NCBI GenBank assembly: GCA_951406725.2
Contig: OX597815.1
Span: 20,522,001 to 20,586,000, forward strand
Source of the DNA: Octopus vulgaris
Lineage: Eukaryota
DNA: 64,000 bases
Reading direction: 5' to 3'
Numbering within the stretch: position 1 is the first letter of the stretch; each line of letters begins with the position of its first letter. The translations under genes were made by a program, and so were the position numbers. This document shows positions 1-12,558 of the stretch, piece by piece. Below the pieces are notes generated by a model, which did not search any database, was not told where the DNA came from, and saw only the letters and a program-made list of their open reading frames with translations.

Positions 1-829
1 CATGCATACATACATACAACTCTCTTGACTCAAAATAAGTCTTGTCGCTTTGTTAGCGACCGGCTTGAACTCTTTCAAGCAGAACTTTAATAAAACTCAA
101 AGAAAAATGACATACACACGCGTACACACTCACCCATATATATGTGTGTGCGCGTACACCCCCCCACACATATCTATACCCGAGGGATTTACATAATTTC
201 CAGCTACCGAATTCAGTCAAAAGGCATGTGTCGGCTCAATGCCAAAGGTGTCGCGCTGTGGCACTGAACCCGAAGCCAAATGGTTGTGAAGTGAACGCTT
301 TAATCAAACATCCATATCTGTTCTAAGCAGAGATGTAGAATGTTTCATACAAATTTCTGTTGTTCTTGTGTTTTTATTTTAAATGATATAAACGCATGTT
401 TATGAACAAAAGCATTGAAGGGCACTTTGGTTTCAAAGAGAAACCCAATAGACTAATTAGGGATTCATTGCATTTTCGATTAAGCAATTAGCAAGTTAGC
501 AGGAGTTGTTTGTGCAATGCCCCTTCAAAAGTGTGTACTCAACCGACTGAGTTGATTCCGATTGTTTTAAATGTTGGTTATTATACAACTTATGGTCTTA
601 GAATCAGTTATTGAAAGATCATGTGGCAGGTGTAAAAGGCCCGGTTCTCCTACATAGTACATGAAGTTTCCTAGTTCTGTGGTCTGTGTAGAATAATTTG
701 TAGTACTGCCGTTGCATCAACCTGTCTCCTGTGATGCAACAACCTCCTGTCTCTTGTTGACGGCGAGATTTCATTATCTGCTGTAACCCCAAGAATGTTC
801 TATTTGATGAAGCGTTGGTACCAGTCAGT

Positions 830-1020
830 ATAGTTAACGCAAATGGTCAACTAAAAAGTTAACAGAAATAATCAACGTAAATAATTAACATTAATGATCA
901 ACATAAGTAATGAACGTTAATAGCAATTTGTATTGTTTATAATCAACATTACCAATACAAATAGTCAACATAAACATTAAATACAAATAGTCAAGGCTAA
1001 TAGCCACAAATTGTTAAGAC
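830..1020. repeat. Degenerate ~13-bp minisatellite (consensus ~AAATAGTCAACAT)
   Basis: Recurring units aaatggtcaac / aaataatcaacgt / aaatagtcaacat / aaatagtcaaggc. Confidence 0.6.
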
Positions 1021-1744
1021 AAATTTGGACAATGTTATTGATCTCTAGTGGATAAATTATTGACCTATTTAATTGCTTAACGTTGTATAGGTAGACTTCT
1101 TTCCTTTTATTTCGGCATCGTAAAAAGGAGGCGGGTGAGTGGATTCTTGGATTCTGATGACTTGTTAAATAGGAACGAAATCCATCAGTTCAATATTCAA
1201 CCAAAGCAGCTGAAAAGGCCATTGTAGACTTAATTTCTCAGCAAGGCTAATTACATTTAGATATCATTTTGTATATTTATTTATTTATAACATTGTATAA
1301 TAATAATGCTTCATTTTGATTAGGTTCCACATCATGTTCACTGGCCTATATACTGGCATTTATCAACCGTTGAGGGACTGATGTTGCAAAAACGAAATAT
1401 CTTGGTAAATGCAGTAAATCATCAAATCTTGCACATTTGTCTCTTATCATCATTAATAATGATTTTTTTCACGTTGGTAATAGTTCATATGACGAGAAAG
1501 CGGTGGAGTCTGCAACTTTGACTGGAAATGTAATCAAAGAAATGACCTTAACACACGAATGATATTTAAATCGATTCCGCGAGGATGAAAGACGAAGTCA
1601 ATCCTAGCAGGATGTGAAATCAGAATGTAAAGAGAGATAACTAGATATTGTAATGCGTTTAAATGAATCCCGAAAGAAAGTTCTCCAGATATGCCATTCC
1701 ACCGAGCTCTCGTTCTGTTAATATTAACGGGAGAGCTTCAGCAT

Positions 1745-1980
1745 TGACGCTCAACTGCTAGAGATAGTAGTTATATTTCAAATCTTGCATATTTGTCTCT
1801 TATCGCCATTAATAATGATTTTTCACATTGGTAATAGTTCACATTATGCGATGATAAAAGAAAGACTCATTTGGATGCATTATATCTGAAAAATAGATGG
1901 CATGGTCAAAGCTAGAACGTCTTTGACCATAGGTCAGTCGAATGACAGTTGGCCTGAAGCTAATCAACAACAACAGCAAC
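1745..1980 (+). repeat. Old interspersed repeat (CTGCTAGAAATAGCAGCCAAATC...GGTCA..GCTGGAATG..TTTGA...AAACAACAAC family)
   Basis: The same motif order recurs, degenerate, near 37450-37630, 41340-41530(-), 49875-50245(-), 59020-59660 and 60790-60880. Confidence 0.55.
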
Positions 1981-3573
1981 TGCTGATATTGATATCTAAT
2001 TTTATCAAAAGTTTATGCACATTTAGGAAGGAATTTAGTTGATTAAATTGACCTAATTCAGAGCCAGGATGGATGACATATCAATCCCAACTGGGTTTGA
2101 ACGCAGAACGTAAAGGGCGTGATTAAGCCCCACTAGTAAAATTTTAAATCCAGCACTCTAACTTAATTTAATACTGTAAATAACAACAACCACGTAGATG
2201 TGGATTGCATAATCTGACACATTATTTTGTTTCTGGTGACGAAAGAAAGAGAATATAGAAAACCAAGGAAAACTATTATACCGAACTTTTATAAGATAAA
2301 CGGTGGAATGATAGTCATTGATACTGCAACTGTCAGGTAGTGTCGTCTTCAATAAGCCACTTGCTTCGCTTACAATCTCTCTTGACAATATTCAGACATT
2401 GTTTGTTGATGTTATTGCTAAGGTTTCCCCAATAAACTAGCACACAGAGAGAAGCACCTATAGTGGCAATATGTTCAGCCACACTTTGTTCATGTCTTTC
2501 ACCACCTCCAATTTTCAAACTCACTGATACGCACCGGATGTTATTAGGAAGTAATACAATCGTGTTCCGGTGTCTCCACAAAATGTATGAAAACATGACA
2601 GACAAATATAATTTTTTTTTTTTATGTTTAATGTATGAAAATGCCTGTGTGTGTATTTAGGCGTTCTATTATTTATATTCATGATAGTCTGTTCCATACT
2701 TGACATAAGACTATGTATGCACATTTCTGGAAAGGTTTCTACTTATTTTCTTTCCAATACTGTAATAATAATGTTGGGCTTAACAAATGATCAATAGAAT
2801 TCGTGACAACTGAGCCTGCAGTTGAAAATAACAAAGAGAAGAGAACAAGAGTCAGAAGGAAAGAAAAGCAAACGACTCTAAAAAGGCGAAAACCTTGAGT
2901 TTTGAGCAACTTTCTTTCAGGACTCAGTTTCCCACTGTTAGACAAAACAGCAATCGTCTGTTACAATGGACTAAAGACCAATCCACCAGATAGGAAATAA
3001 AAGCAAGCATTATTGCAGCTGTGTTTTAGCTTCAGGACAATCTAAATTGTGCAGTTTTTTTAGACAGTGTTTTTCTATGGCTACGCTATCTCACATGTCA
3101 CTTCATTTATAAAAAAAACCAGAGAGAAATTTGATTGCTACTTTTAGAAGAACGTGGTGCCTCGTCGGTTTTTAATAAAAGATACGTTTTTCTGCTGTGG
3201 ATAAATTTAATATTATTGTTTTGGTGGGGTCACTTCATTGGATAAATGCAACACGCCAGAAAAATACTTTTTTTGAATTTATATTTTAATGTTTTATTCT
3301 TCTGCGATACTGCTGCTCTGCATCCAAGCGTTTAGTTGATTATATTGGCACTAATACTTGTTTCGGTCTGGTACTTAGTTTATCGATATATTTGTCGATC
3401 CACTATGTTACAGTACAGGTTTTTATACTTTGAAATAGACACGTGCACACAATACACCATTACATATATATATATATATATATATATATGATTGATTTTG
3501 ATTTTGATTTTTCCAGTTTCAGCTGATGAGCTGTGGCCATGCTGGGGCACCGCCATTTATATATATATTTAGT

Positions 3574-3745
3574 TAATCCAAACGTGAAAACACAAAGAGA
3601 AAACACAATGCGAGGACATGGAACAAGTATAGTGTTATTGGACGGAAAGAAAGAAGGAAGATTTAACGTTTCGAGCGGAGCTCTTCGTCAGAAACATAGG
3701 AAGAGGAAAGATCCAAGGAAGGGAAGCCGGAGGAAAAAAATCGCC
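3574..3745 (-). mobile_element. Penelope-like pseudo-LTR remnant with minimal hammerhead motif
   Basis: Minus strand gtttCTGACGAaGAGCtccGCTCGAAAcgttaaa at 3661-3697; homologous copies at 54352-54535 and 56587-56730; next to (TA)n. Confidence 0.7.
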
Positions 3746-3747
3746 AC

Positions 3748-3966
3748 GGCGAGCTGGCAGAATCGTTACCACGCCGAGCGAAATGCTCTTAGCGGTATTT
3801 CGTCTGCCGAGTTCAAATTCCGCCGAGGTCGACTTTGCCTTTGCTCCTTTCGGGATCGATTAAATAAGTACTAGTTATGCACTGGAGTCGATGTTATCGA
3901 CTTAATCCCTTTGTCTGTCCTTGTTTGTCCCCTCTATGTTTAGCCCCTTGTGGGTAGTAAAGAAAT
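3748..3966 (+). mobile_element. tRNA-derived SINE, family A (GGCGGCGAGCTGGCAGAA head)
   Basis: A-box TGGCAGAATCG, B-box GAGTTCAAATTCC, central CCTTTCGGGGTCGAT...AAGTAC domain, tail GTGGGTAGTAAAGAAATA; more than 10 copies in the window. Confidence 0.9.
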
Positions 3967-3969
3967 ATA

Positions 3970-4246
3970 TACTCTTTACTCTTTTACTTGTTTCAGTCAT
4001 TTGACTGTGGCCATGCTGGAACACCGCCATTAGTCGAGCAAATCGACCCCAGGTCTTATTCTTTGGAAGCCTATTACTTATTCTATCGGTCTCTTTTACC
4101 GAACCGTTAAGTTAAGGGGACGTAAATACACACGCATCGGTTGTCAAACGATGTTGGGGACAAATACAGACACACAAACATATAAGCACGCACATATACA
4201 TACATACATACATACATACATACATACATACATACATACATACATA

Positions 4247-4304
<58 letters not shown>

Positions 4305-4474
4305 CATATATACGACGGGCTTCTTTCAGTTTCCGTCTACCAAATCCACTCACAGGCTTTGGTCGGCCCGAGGCTATAGTAGAAGACACTTGCCCAAGGT
4401 GCCATGTAGTGGGAATGAACCCAGAACCATGTGGTTGGTAAGCAAGCTACTTACCACACAGCCACTCCTGCGCC
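3970..4474 (-). mobile_element. tRNA-derived SINE, family B (GGCGCAGGAGTGGCTG head, internal CA/TA microsatellite)
   Basis: A-box TGGCTGTGTGG, B-box-like GGTTCA, CORE-like ACCTTGGGCAAGTG, (GTAAAAGA)n tail; many copies. Confidence 0.9.
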
Positions 4475-4480
4475 TTATAC

Positions 4481-4524
<44 letters not shown>

Positions 4525-4531
<7 letters not shown>

Positions 4532-4745
4532 GTGACAATTAGTTGGTTGTCGTAATAAAACTCAGAGTTTTATTATGCAGACTCCAACCCCGGTATCTCA
4601 TCAGTTATTCGGAGCAGACTTCAGCCCCGGCATCCGAAACTCTGAGTTTTATTATGACACCCAACTAATTGTCACATATTATACTTATAGATAAATCCCT
4701 CTATTTACATAATATCGAGGTCTCATTCATTTTTTTGTCGTCATA
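4525..4745. mobile_element. Fold-back Penelope-like pseudo-LTR remnant with split hammerhead
   Basis: Inverted arms ~4525-4570 and ~4637-4683; CTGATGA on minus, GAAACTCTGAGTT on plus; flanked by (TA)n and (TTA)n. Confidence 0.6.
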
Positions 4746-4787
4746 TTATTATTATTATTTTTATTATTATTATTATATATATATATA

Positions 4788-5170
4788 AGTGATCGTGTTC
4801 TGTTGTCAAAAGCAGGATACATGAATCATATGAAATGACATGAAAATCGAAATGTCCAGGTAGGTAATAATCTTGAATACCGACCGCCTCTTACGACTTG
4901 TGTCATATGTCACAAAACTTGTAAGACAATATCTGGACTTAAAAGACATATGATAGTTCATAAAAACATTCCTTCAGAATTAGATTCCAAAGGGCAAAGA
5001 CGTAGAAGAAACTTGAATGATATCTGTCATTTGTGTTTTAAAACCTGTCAGTCAGTAGCTGGTCTTGAAAGTCATCTGAAGGGTCATCAACGGAGGGATA
5101 GTACTGTGTGATGGGGTGTGGGGTGTGTGTTGATGGCACGGTTATCATCTGTCAACATGAAGCAATCGTC
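4788..5170 (+). mobile_element. 3' end of RTE-type LINE encoding two C2H2 zinc fingers
   Basis: Open frame 4839-5111 reads ...TCVICHKTCKTISGLKRHMIVH...ICHLCFKTCQSVAGLESHLKGH...*; no TGEKP linker; short 3'UTR running into (TA)n. Confidence 0.7.
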
Positions 5171-5186
5171 ATATATATATATATAT

Positions 5187-5480
5187 AATCAAAATAAGCA
5201 ACAAGAATATCTTCGGTAATTTGGTACGATCGTTTCACGCTACATCATTTTATTAAATATTGTAAATATTACAACAATTTTAAAATGTTGAGCAATCATC
5301 AGTCATTTATAGAGATTTTCCATTAATACATAATTTTCATATTAATTGATAACATTATAGAGAAGGTAGATATATAGACAAAAATGTCGATTTGAATTTT
5401 AAGAACATTAAGGTAGTAGGGTTAATCTACTGACTGAAGAATATTCTTTAAATTATTTTGAACTGCTTGAAGGTTGGGAA
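5187..5480 (-). mobile_element. Penelope-like pseudo-LTR remnant with long-stem-II hammerhead
   Basis: Minus strand CTGATGA (5302-5296), ~60-nt hairpin, GAAACGATCGTA (5236-5225); AATCAAAATAAGCAACAAG segment shared with 6320-6455. Confidence 0.6.
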
Positions 5481-5786
5481 TCTAAATAAATAAATAAATA
5501 AATAAATACACACACACACATATATATATGGATCTTTTTTTTTTGTTATTAGATTACAGCCATGCTGAGACATCGCCTTGAAGGGTTTAGTAGAACGAAT
5601 GAACCCCAGTACATAATGTTTTAAAGGCAGGTATTTATTCTATCGTCGCTTTTTGGTGAACCGCTAAGTTACGAGGACTGAAACAAACCAATACTGGTTG
5701 CCAAGCTGTGGTGAAGGATAAGCACAAAAACCAAGACTCGCATATATATCACTGTTTGAGTTGCATAATAGTGGTTTTATCTCTAA

Positions 5787-5852
<66 letters not shown>

Positions 5853-5898
5853 GCGTATGTATGTTTGCATATATATATACATATATGGGGCGTATGTA

Positions 5899-5941
<43 letters not shown>

Positions 5942-5943
5942 GC

Positions 5944-5998
<55 letters not shown>

Positions 5999-6300
5999 GG
6001 CGCGTAGCTCAGTGGTTAGCACACGATCGTACGGTCGTGAGTTCAATTTTCGGCGACGCGTTGAAAAGAAATATTTCACGTTGCTCCAGTCCACTCAGCT
6101 GGCAAAAATGAGTAGTATCTGTATTTCAAAAAGGACAGCATTGTCACACTCTGTGCCACGCTGAATCTCTCCGACAACTACGTTAAGGGTAGACGTGTCT
6201 GTGGGGTGCTCAGCCACTTGCACGTTAATTTCGCGAGCAAGCTGTTCCGTTGATTGTATCAGCTGGAACCCTTGTCGTCGTAACCGACGGAGTGCTCCCA
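5999..6300 (+). mobile_element. tRNA-derived SINE with CORE-like centre and family-C tail
   Basis: GGCGCGTAGCTCAGTGG head, GAGTTCAA B-box, TTGCTCCAGTCCACTCAGCTGG centre; 3' ~180 bp matches the tail of the SINEs at 8376 and 34983. Confidence 0.8.
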
Positions 6301-6455
6301 TATATATATATATGTATATATAAGTTCAGCAAAATTTAGATTCAGATGAATATGGTACTTAAGTTAAAGACACCAGATTTTTGTATAGTATTATCCATAT
6401 AAATCAAATGGGGTGATTATAATCAAAATAAGCAACAAGGATATCCAAGGTAGAG

Positions 6456-6503
<48 letters not shown>

Positions 6504-6632
6504 TATGCATATTTATGCAAATGTCTTGAAAAGAAATATTTAAGCTTAGTTCGTCTTCAAAATTCAAGTAAAAGACGAATTTGGAAACAAAACAAAAAAT
6601 TAACTTCTGTTTATTAGTATAGGATCTTGGTA

Positions 6633-6844
6633 AGGCAGCGAGCTGGCCGAAATGCTTAGCGGTATTTCGCCTGTCGTTACGTGCTGAGTTCAAATTTTGA
6701 CGAGGTCGACTTTGCCTTTCATCCTTTCGGGGTCGATTAAATAAGTACCAGTTACGCACTGGGGTCGATATAATCGAATTAATCCCTTTGTCTGTCCTTG
6801 TTTGTCCTTTCTGTGTTTAGCCCCTTGTGGGTAGTAAAGAAATA
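6633..6844 (+). mobile_element. SINE family A (followed by a second partial copy to ~7010)
   Basis: Same consensus as 3748-3966. Confidence 0.9.
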
Positions 6845-7548
6845 GGTATTTCGTCCGTCTTTACATTTCGAGTTCAAATTCCACCTGGGTCGATTTTGGT
6901 TTTTTTATCTTTTCAGAGTCAATAAATTAGGACCAGTTGAGGAGTGGGGTCGATGTAATCAACTTATCCTCTGCGCATGAAGTTGCTGGCCGTGTGGCAA
7001 AATTTGAAATCAATACAGGATTTTTGTGCAGATATGGTATAATAAATATATATATATAATTTTTACATAGGTTCATATTTTAACTCAGATTATTTGGTTT
7101 TTAAAACGAAATATTTACATAACACTGAAACATTAACTCACAAGATACAAAATGCTTAGGTGTAAATTTATTTTAAAAATATAAAGAACCAACAATATAA
7201 TCTGAATTGGAACAAAAATAATCCATAGGCTATTCACGTGTCTTTTGACAAATGCTATTACATCTTCATAGGTGCAAAGAACAATGAAAAAAAAAAAATT
7301 CATTTGACATTTTCACAACTTTCACACGATATCTAAGGAGCATATTCGTTACACTTTCTTTCATTTTAACAGCAAACAGTTCTACAGATAGTTCAGTCCG
7401 TTTCAGCAAGACGATAATAGTCAAACTCATTTCATCAAAATGCACTGGGTAGCTTATGGGGGTGCATGTTTGTATGAGTGCTTAAGTTTTATTTCTTTTA
7501 CAAATCACGTTAAAAGGCGAACTTCTTCACGGCATTTCATTCTATAGG

Positions 7549-7815
7549 TACTCTTTTACTCTTTTACTTGTTTCAATCATTTGACTGTGGCTATGCTGGA
7601 GCACCGCCTTTAGTAGAGCAAATCGACCCCAGGACTTGTTCTTTGTAAGCATAGTACTTATTCTATCGGTCTCCTTTGCCGAATCACCAAGTCATAGGAA
7701 ATTAAACATCCCACCATCGGTTGTCAAGCGCTGTTGGGAGGACAAACAGACACAAACACACACTCTCTCTCTCTCACACTCATATGTATATATACATATA
7801 TACGACGGGCTTCAT

Positions 7816-7866
<51 letters not shown>

Positions 7867-8065
7867 TATATATATATATATATATATACATATAGATATA
7901 TACGACGGGCTTCTTTCAGTTTCCGTCTACCAAATCCACTCACAAGGCATTGGTCGGCCCGAGGCTATAGTAGAAGACACTTGCCCAAGGTACCACACAG
8001 TGGGACTGAACCTGGAACCATGTGGTTGGTAAGCAAGCTACTTACCACACAGCCACTCCTGCGCC
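7549..8065 (-). mobile_element. SINE family B
   Basis: Full-length match to 3970-4474 with an internal duplication around the microsatellite. Confidence 0.9.
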
Positions 8066-8375
8066 TACACAGGTATGTAATTTTTACCATACATCCATCT
8101 TAATATTTTTAAATATATTCTTTTAGGGGTTTTAGTCAAGCTGGAGCATCGCCTTTAAGGGTTTTGTAGTCAGTCATATTGACTCCAGTTCTTATTTCAG
8201 TTCAATACTTAATTTAACAAAGTATTCAATCAATTGCTACGTTGCCTTTTGAAGTTAAGGAGCGGAGAATGATGCACCGTTTTACACTGTTATATCAAAA
8301 CAGATTTTTTTTACAAGCACTCTTTCACCGCTCCCACCACATCGTAATGTATATGTTTTTAGCATAGTTATATAT

Positions 8376-8740
8376 GGATGGGAAGCACTCCGTCGGTTAC
8401 GACTTGAGGGTTCCGGTTGATCTGAATCAACGGAACAGCCTGCTCGTGAAATTAACGTCTAAGTGGATGAGCACTCCACAGACACGTGTACCCTTAACGT
8501 AGTTCTCGGGGATATTCAGCGTGACACAGAGAGTGACAAGGCCGGCCCTTTGAAATACAGGTACAACAGAAACAGGAAGTAAGAGTGAGAGAAAGTTGTG
8601 GTGAAAGGGTACAGCAGGGATCACCACCATCCCCTGCCGGAGCCTCGTGAAGCTTTAGGTGTTTTCGCTCAATAAACACTCACACGCCCGGTCTGGGAAT
8701 CGAAACCGCGATCCTATGACCGCGAGTCCGCTGCGCCTCC
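8376..8740 (-). mobile_element. tRNA-derived SINE, family C (GGAGGCGCAATGG head), A-box deleted
   Basis: Near-identical to 34983-35370 apart from a 20-bp head deletion; TSD CATAGTTATA at 8363-8372 and 8742-8751. Confidence 0.9.
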
Positions 8741-9018
8741 ACATAGTTATACATACAAACACAGTCAAATATTAATTGAATAATCACTCACTACAGTAGA
8801 GTTTGCAAGTGACCTCGAAGTTTCGCATCAGTTGTTACCGTCAGACTATCGAAAAATACATATATACATACACACGCGCACACATACATATGCATTTATG
8901 TATGTATGTATGTATGTATGTATGTATGTATGTATGTATGTATGTATGTATGTATGTATGACTGCATATTTATATGTATGTATACATATTGATATATACA
9001 TGCCCATATGTATAAATT

Positions 9019-9078
<60 letters not shown>

Positions 9079-9134
9079 TACTTTTGTGTGTGCGTATGTA
9101 TTTGTGTATGTGTGTGTATGTATTTGCATATGTG

Positions 9135-9173
<39 letters not shown>

Positions 9174-10264
9174 ATCTGTGTGTGTGTATCTCTGTGCGTG
9201 TGCTTGTTTCTCTTTTGTGCAGTTGTCTTAAGGTCTGTTTTAATATTGTTGGAAAAAAATTTAGAAGACGGTGTATGTGTTTATGTCCGGTTAGACACAA
9301 GATCACTAAAATAAGTAACAAATCAGAAAAAAATGGCAAGCACTGGAGTGGATATAATTGACCTAAAAACCTTCAAGTCGGTGCCCCAGTATAGTTGCTG
9401 TCTAGTGACTAAAACCAGTACAAAAGTATATTTTTCTCCATATATTTATATAGCTTTCTTGATATAGTAGCGATAAGAGTGTCTTTTCACTACTAGTCAT
9501 GACAAAATTGAAGGGAAAGAATAAGGAGCAATGTTGCTGGGTATATTCTCTGTACGATTATATATAAAAGAATTATATGTACAATTACACAAACATACAC
9601 AAACACATTCACGTATAAGAATAAAAGAGATGAACAGAAACGAACGTCTAGCCAAGAAAACATCTATTAAAGGAAAACAGTCTTGTAAATTTTATTCAGA
9701 AGATCAAAACAGATCAAATATCAGTAGGAAGAAATACGAATTATGGTTGTAAAATCTTTTCAAGTGAGTAATACATTAATTAATACAGGAATCTTTTATA
9801 GACGAATAAAGACATCTTGAATTTATGAAATCATAATTTTATTGAAAATATACATACACAGAAAATTGAATAATTTTCTGATAAATTCTAATTTTATAAA
9901 ATATTTCGTTATGATCAAATCACTGATCAGATTGTGAAAATAATGTTTGATTAGTTTTCTCCACAATTTCTTTTTTTTTTTTTTTTTTACCAACGCCAGT
10001 AATTGGTGTACTTATTTACCAATCTTGGAAGAACGAAAGGCAAAGTTGACCTCGTTGCGATTCGAACTCAGAGTGCAAAGATGTGATGAAAATAAAACGC
10101 GAATTAGTGCGGAGTATTTTGGCAGACTTGTTACCGTTTCTGCAATACGTAACTGAGCAAAAAGTAATCAATATCTATTTTACCGATCACATTAGCCTTC
10201 AAATTTGTTTTTATTTTATGAAACAAGTCTAAATATTGACAATATTAAATTGGACAGAGAAAAT

Positions 10265-10930
10265 AAATAGTTTAGAAATGGAAAATTATTTTAGAAGTAG
10301 GATATATTTTAAGAATAAAACAATAGTTTAAAATTAGGACAGTGTTTTAGAAGCAAGCCAATATTTTTGAAAAAAGACAATATTTTAGGAAGGACACTCT
10401 TTTAGGCGTGGAATAATATTTTGGGAATAGAGCATTTTAGGAATATTTTGGAATTAGACCACTATTTTAAGGACAACATTTTAGGAATAGGATAACGTTT
10501 TAGGAATAGGAACTCACTATTTTAGGAGTAGAACAATATTTTAGAAAGTGGACAGTATTTTAGGAATAGAACAATCCTTTATGAAGGACACTATTTCAGG
10601 CGTTGGACAAATATTTTAGAATTAAGATAATGTTTTGGGAATAGGCCAGTAGTATAGAAATAAAACAATATTTTAGAAATAGAACAAGTAGGATAAATTG
10701 TCTTGATATTGAACTAGCTTTTTATCAATAAAACATTATTTTAGGACTAGGACAATCTTTTAGAAGTAGGAAAACCATCTCAAAATAAGGTCAATAATCT
10801 GGAATTAGAACAATTCTATTTCAAAATAGAATGAGTATTTTGGAAATAGGATAAGAATATTAGAAATAGTACAATAGTTTATATATAAATGATGGTGTTT
10901 TATATAAAAAAAAAATTTGAACATCAATAT
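10265..10930. repeat. Degenerate ~19-bp minisatellite (~AATATTTTAGGAATAGAAC)
   Basis: Repeated TTTTAG(G/A)AATAG(G/A)ACAA units over ~650 bp. Confidence 0.75.
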
Positions 10931-11783
10931 TTCAGTAATGATACGAAAAAAATCTGTTGGCTTAGAACAATATTCAGAAAGTAAACTGGTTATAAACGAG
11001 GTAGAAAAATGGCTGAAATCAAAAAAATTATATAAAGTGTTGTGACCAGTATTTAAAGAATTTAACCAGTTTACTGAAATAACTACTTTATTTAATTGCT
11101 ACGTATGAAATTCATCTCGACACATTCCTTCAATTTTTAACGAATTCGCTTCTTTGACACAGACTGAATCTATAATCAATTGAATTAGAAGTTCATCTCA
11201 GTTCATGGATGTAATCCATTGACTGACATCTGCAGACTGGAGAGCTCAGTTCTGAATCAGTGAATCAGGAGAATTTTTAACAGTATTTTTCTAGAATCGG
11301 AAATGGAATTTTGACTGAAGTGAAATCTCGGTGTAGTGAGATTAAATGTACCTCTCCGGATTATCAACTAAGGTGGGCAAGGTAGATCATTTCAAGAGAA
11401 AAGACACCGTGAAAAAGAAAGAATAAAGTTTAAAATAACAATAAAGAAAAACACAGGAAAAGTATTGAATTTGACAGTGTATGACAGGTTAGCTAGGTAG
11501 AGAGAAGAAGAAGAAGAGAATGGTCGCAATTAAGATTTAAAAGCTTCATCTCATAAATGCAACTTTTTGTTCATTTGCTTTTCTTTTGCTATATTTTATT
11601 GTTGTTGTTGTTGTTAAGATTAAATGACAGCAGCAGATGTGGAAAAGGAAGTCGCTACTTGTCTTTGCAGAAATCTTGCTTTGACAAAAATCTAGTAAGT
11701 TTTAGTATCGTTGTGACAGGCAGAGAAATTACGCACACACACATACACATTTACACATACACATTTACACATACACACACACG

Positions 11784-11837
<54 letters not shown>

Positions 11838-11900
11838 CATATATGTATGCGTACATATATAAATAAGTATGTATATATATATACATACATATATATATAT

Positions 11901-11931
<31 letters not shown>

Positions 11932-11952
11932 CATATATATTTGTATGTATAC

Positions 11953-11994
<42 letters not shown>

Positions 11995-12527
11995 ACAAAT
12001 TAATAAATAAAACATATGCAAATATACATACATATATGTACGTACCTACATCTACATGTATATATACATGCATATATGAGTACAGGACACCGACACATAT
12101 ATATACATATACATACATACATACATACATACACACACAAATATATACTTATGTACATACAGATACAAACACTGAGCTGGGGAATTATACTTAGATATTT
12201 CATATACACGATGCTACTGCTGTGTTTCAATTCTTTCTGGAATTTATCTTAACAATGTTGGTGCTTATTCAATTCGAATATATTCACACTGTTTATTATT
12301 AGCAATAGAAGTATTTCGTTGAATTTTCCACTTATTAATTTTCGTACATTTCATCTTATACCTTTTGTCATATTGCCAGTCTGAACATTTATTTTGTTTC
12401 ACTTTCATTTTGTCTATAATTTTATATTGTAAACTTTCGACAATATTTCAAGAATTCATTTTCCTATTTCGAAAACCAAATACGTTACTGCAAAAAATTA
12501 CACACTCATAGATTCGTAAGTACATAC

Positions 12528-12558
<31 letters not shown>

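Noticed and set aside
1140-1190. CTGATGA...GAAA possible hammerhead
   Set aside because: Stem II does not close adjacent to GAAA and no stem I forms.
2333-2605. 90-aa non-repetitive minus-strand ORF
   Set aside because: No recognisable domain, no convincing start context, and no flanking splice pair.
3490-3555. CTGATGAG motif
   Set aside because: It is part of a short LINE/SINE tail stub (also at 49790, 56100, 58215) with no downstream GAAA or stems.
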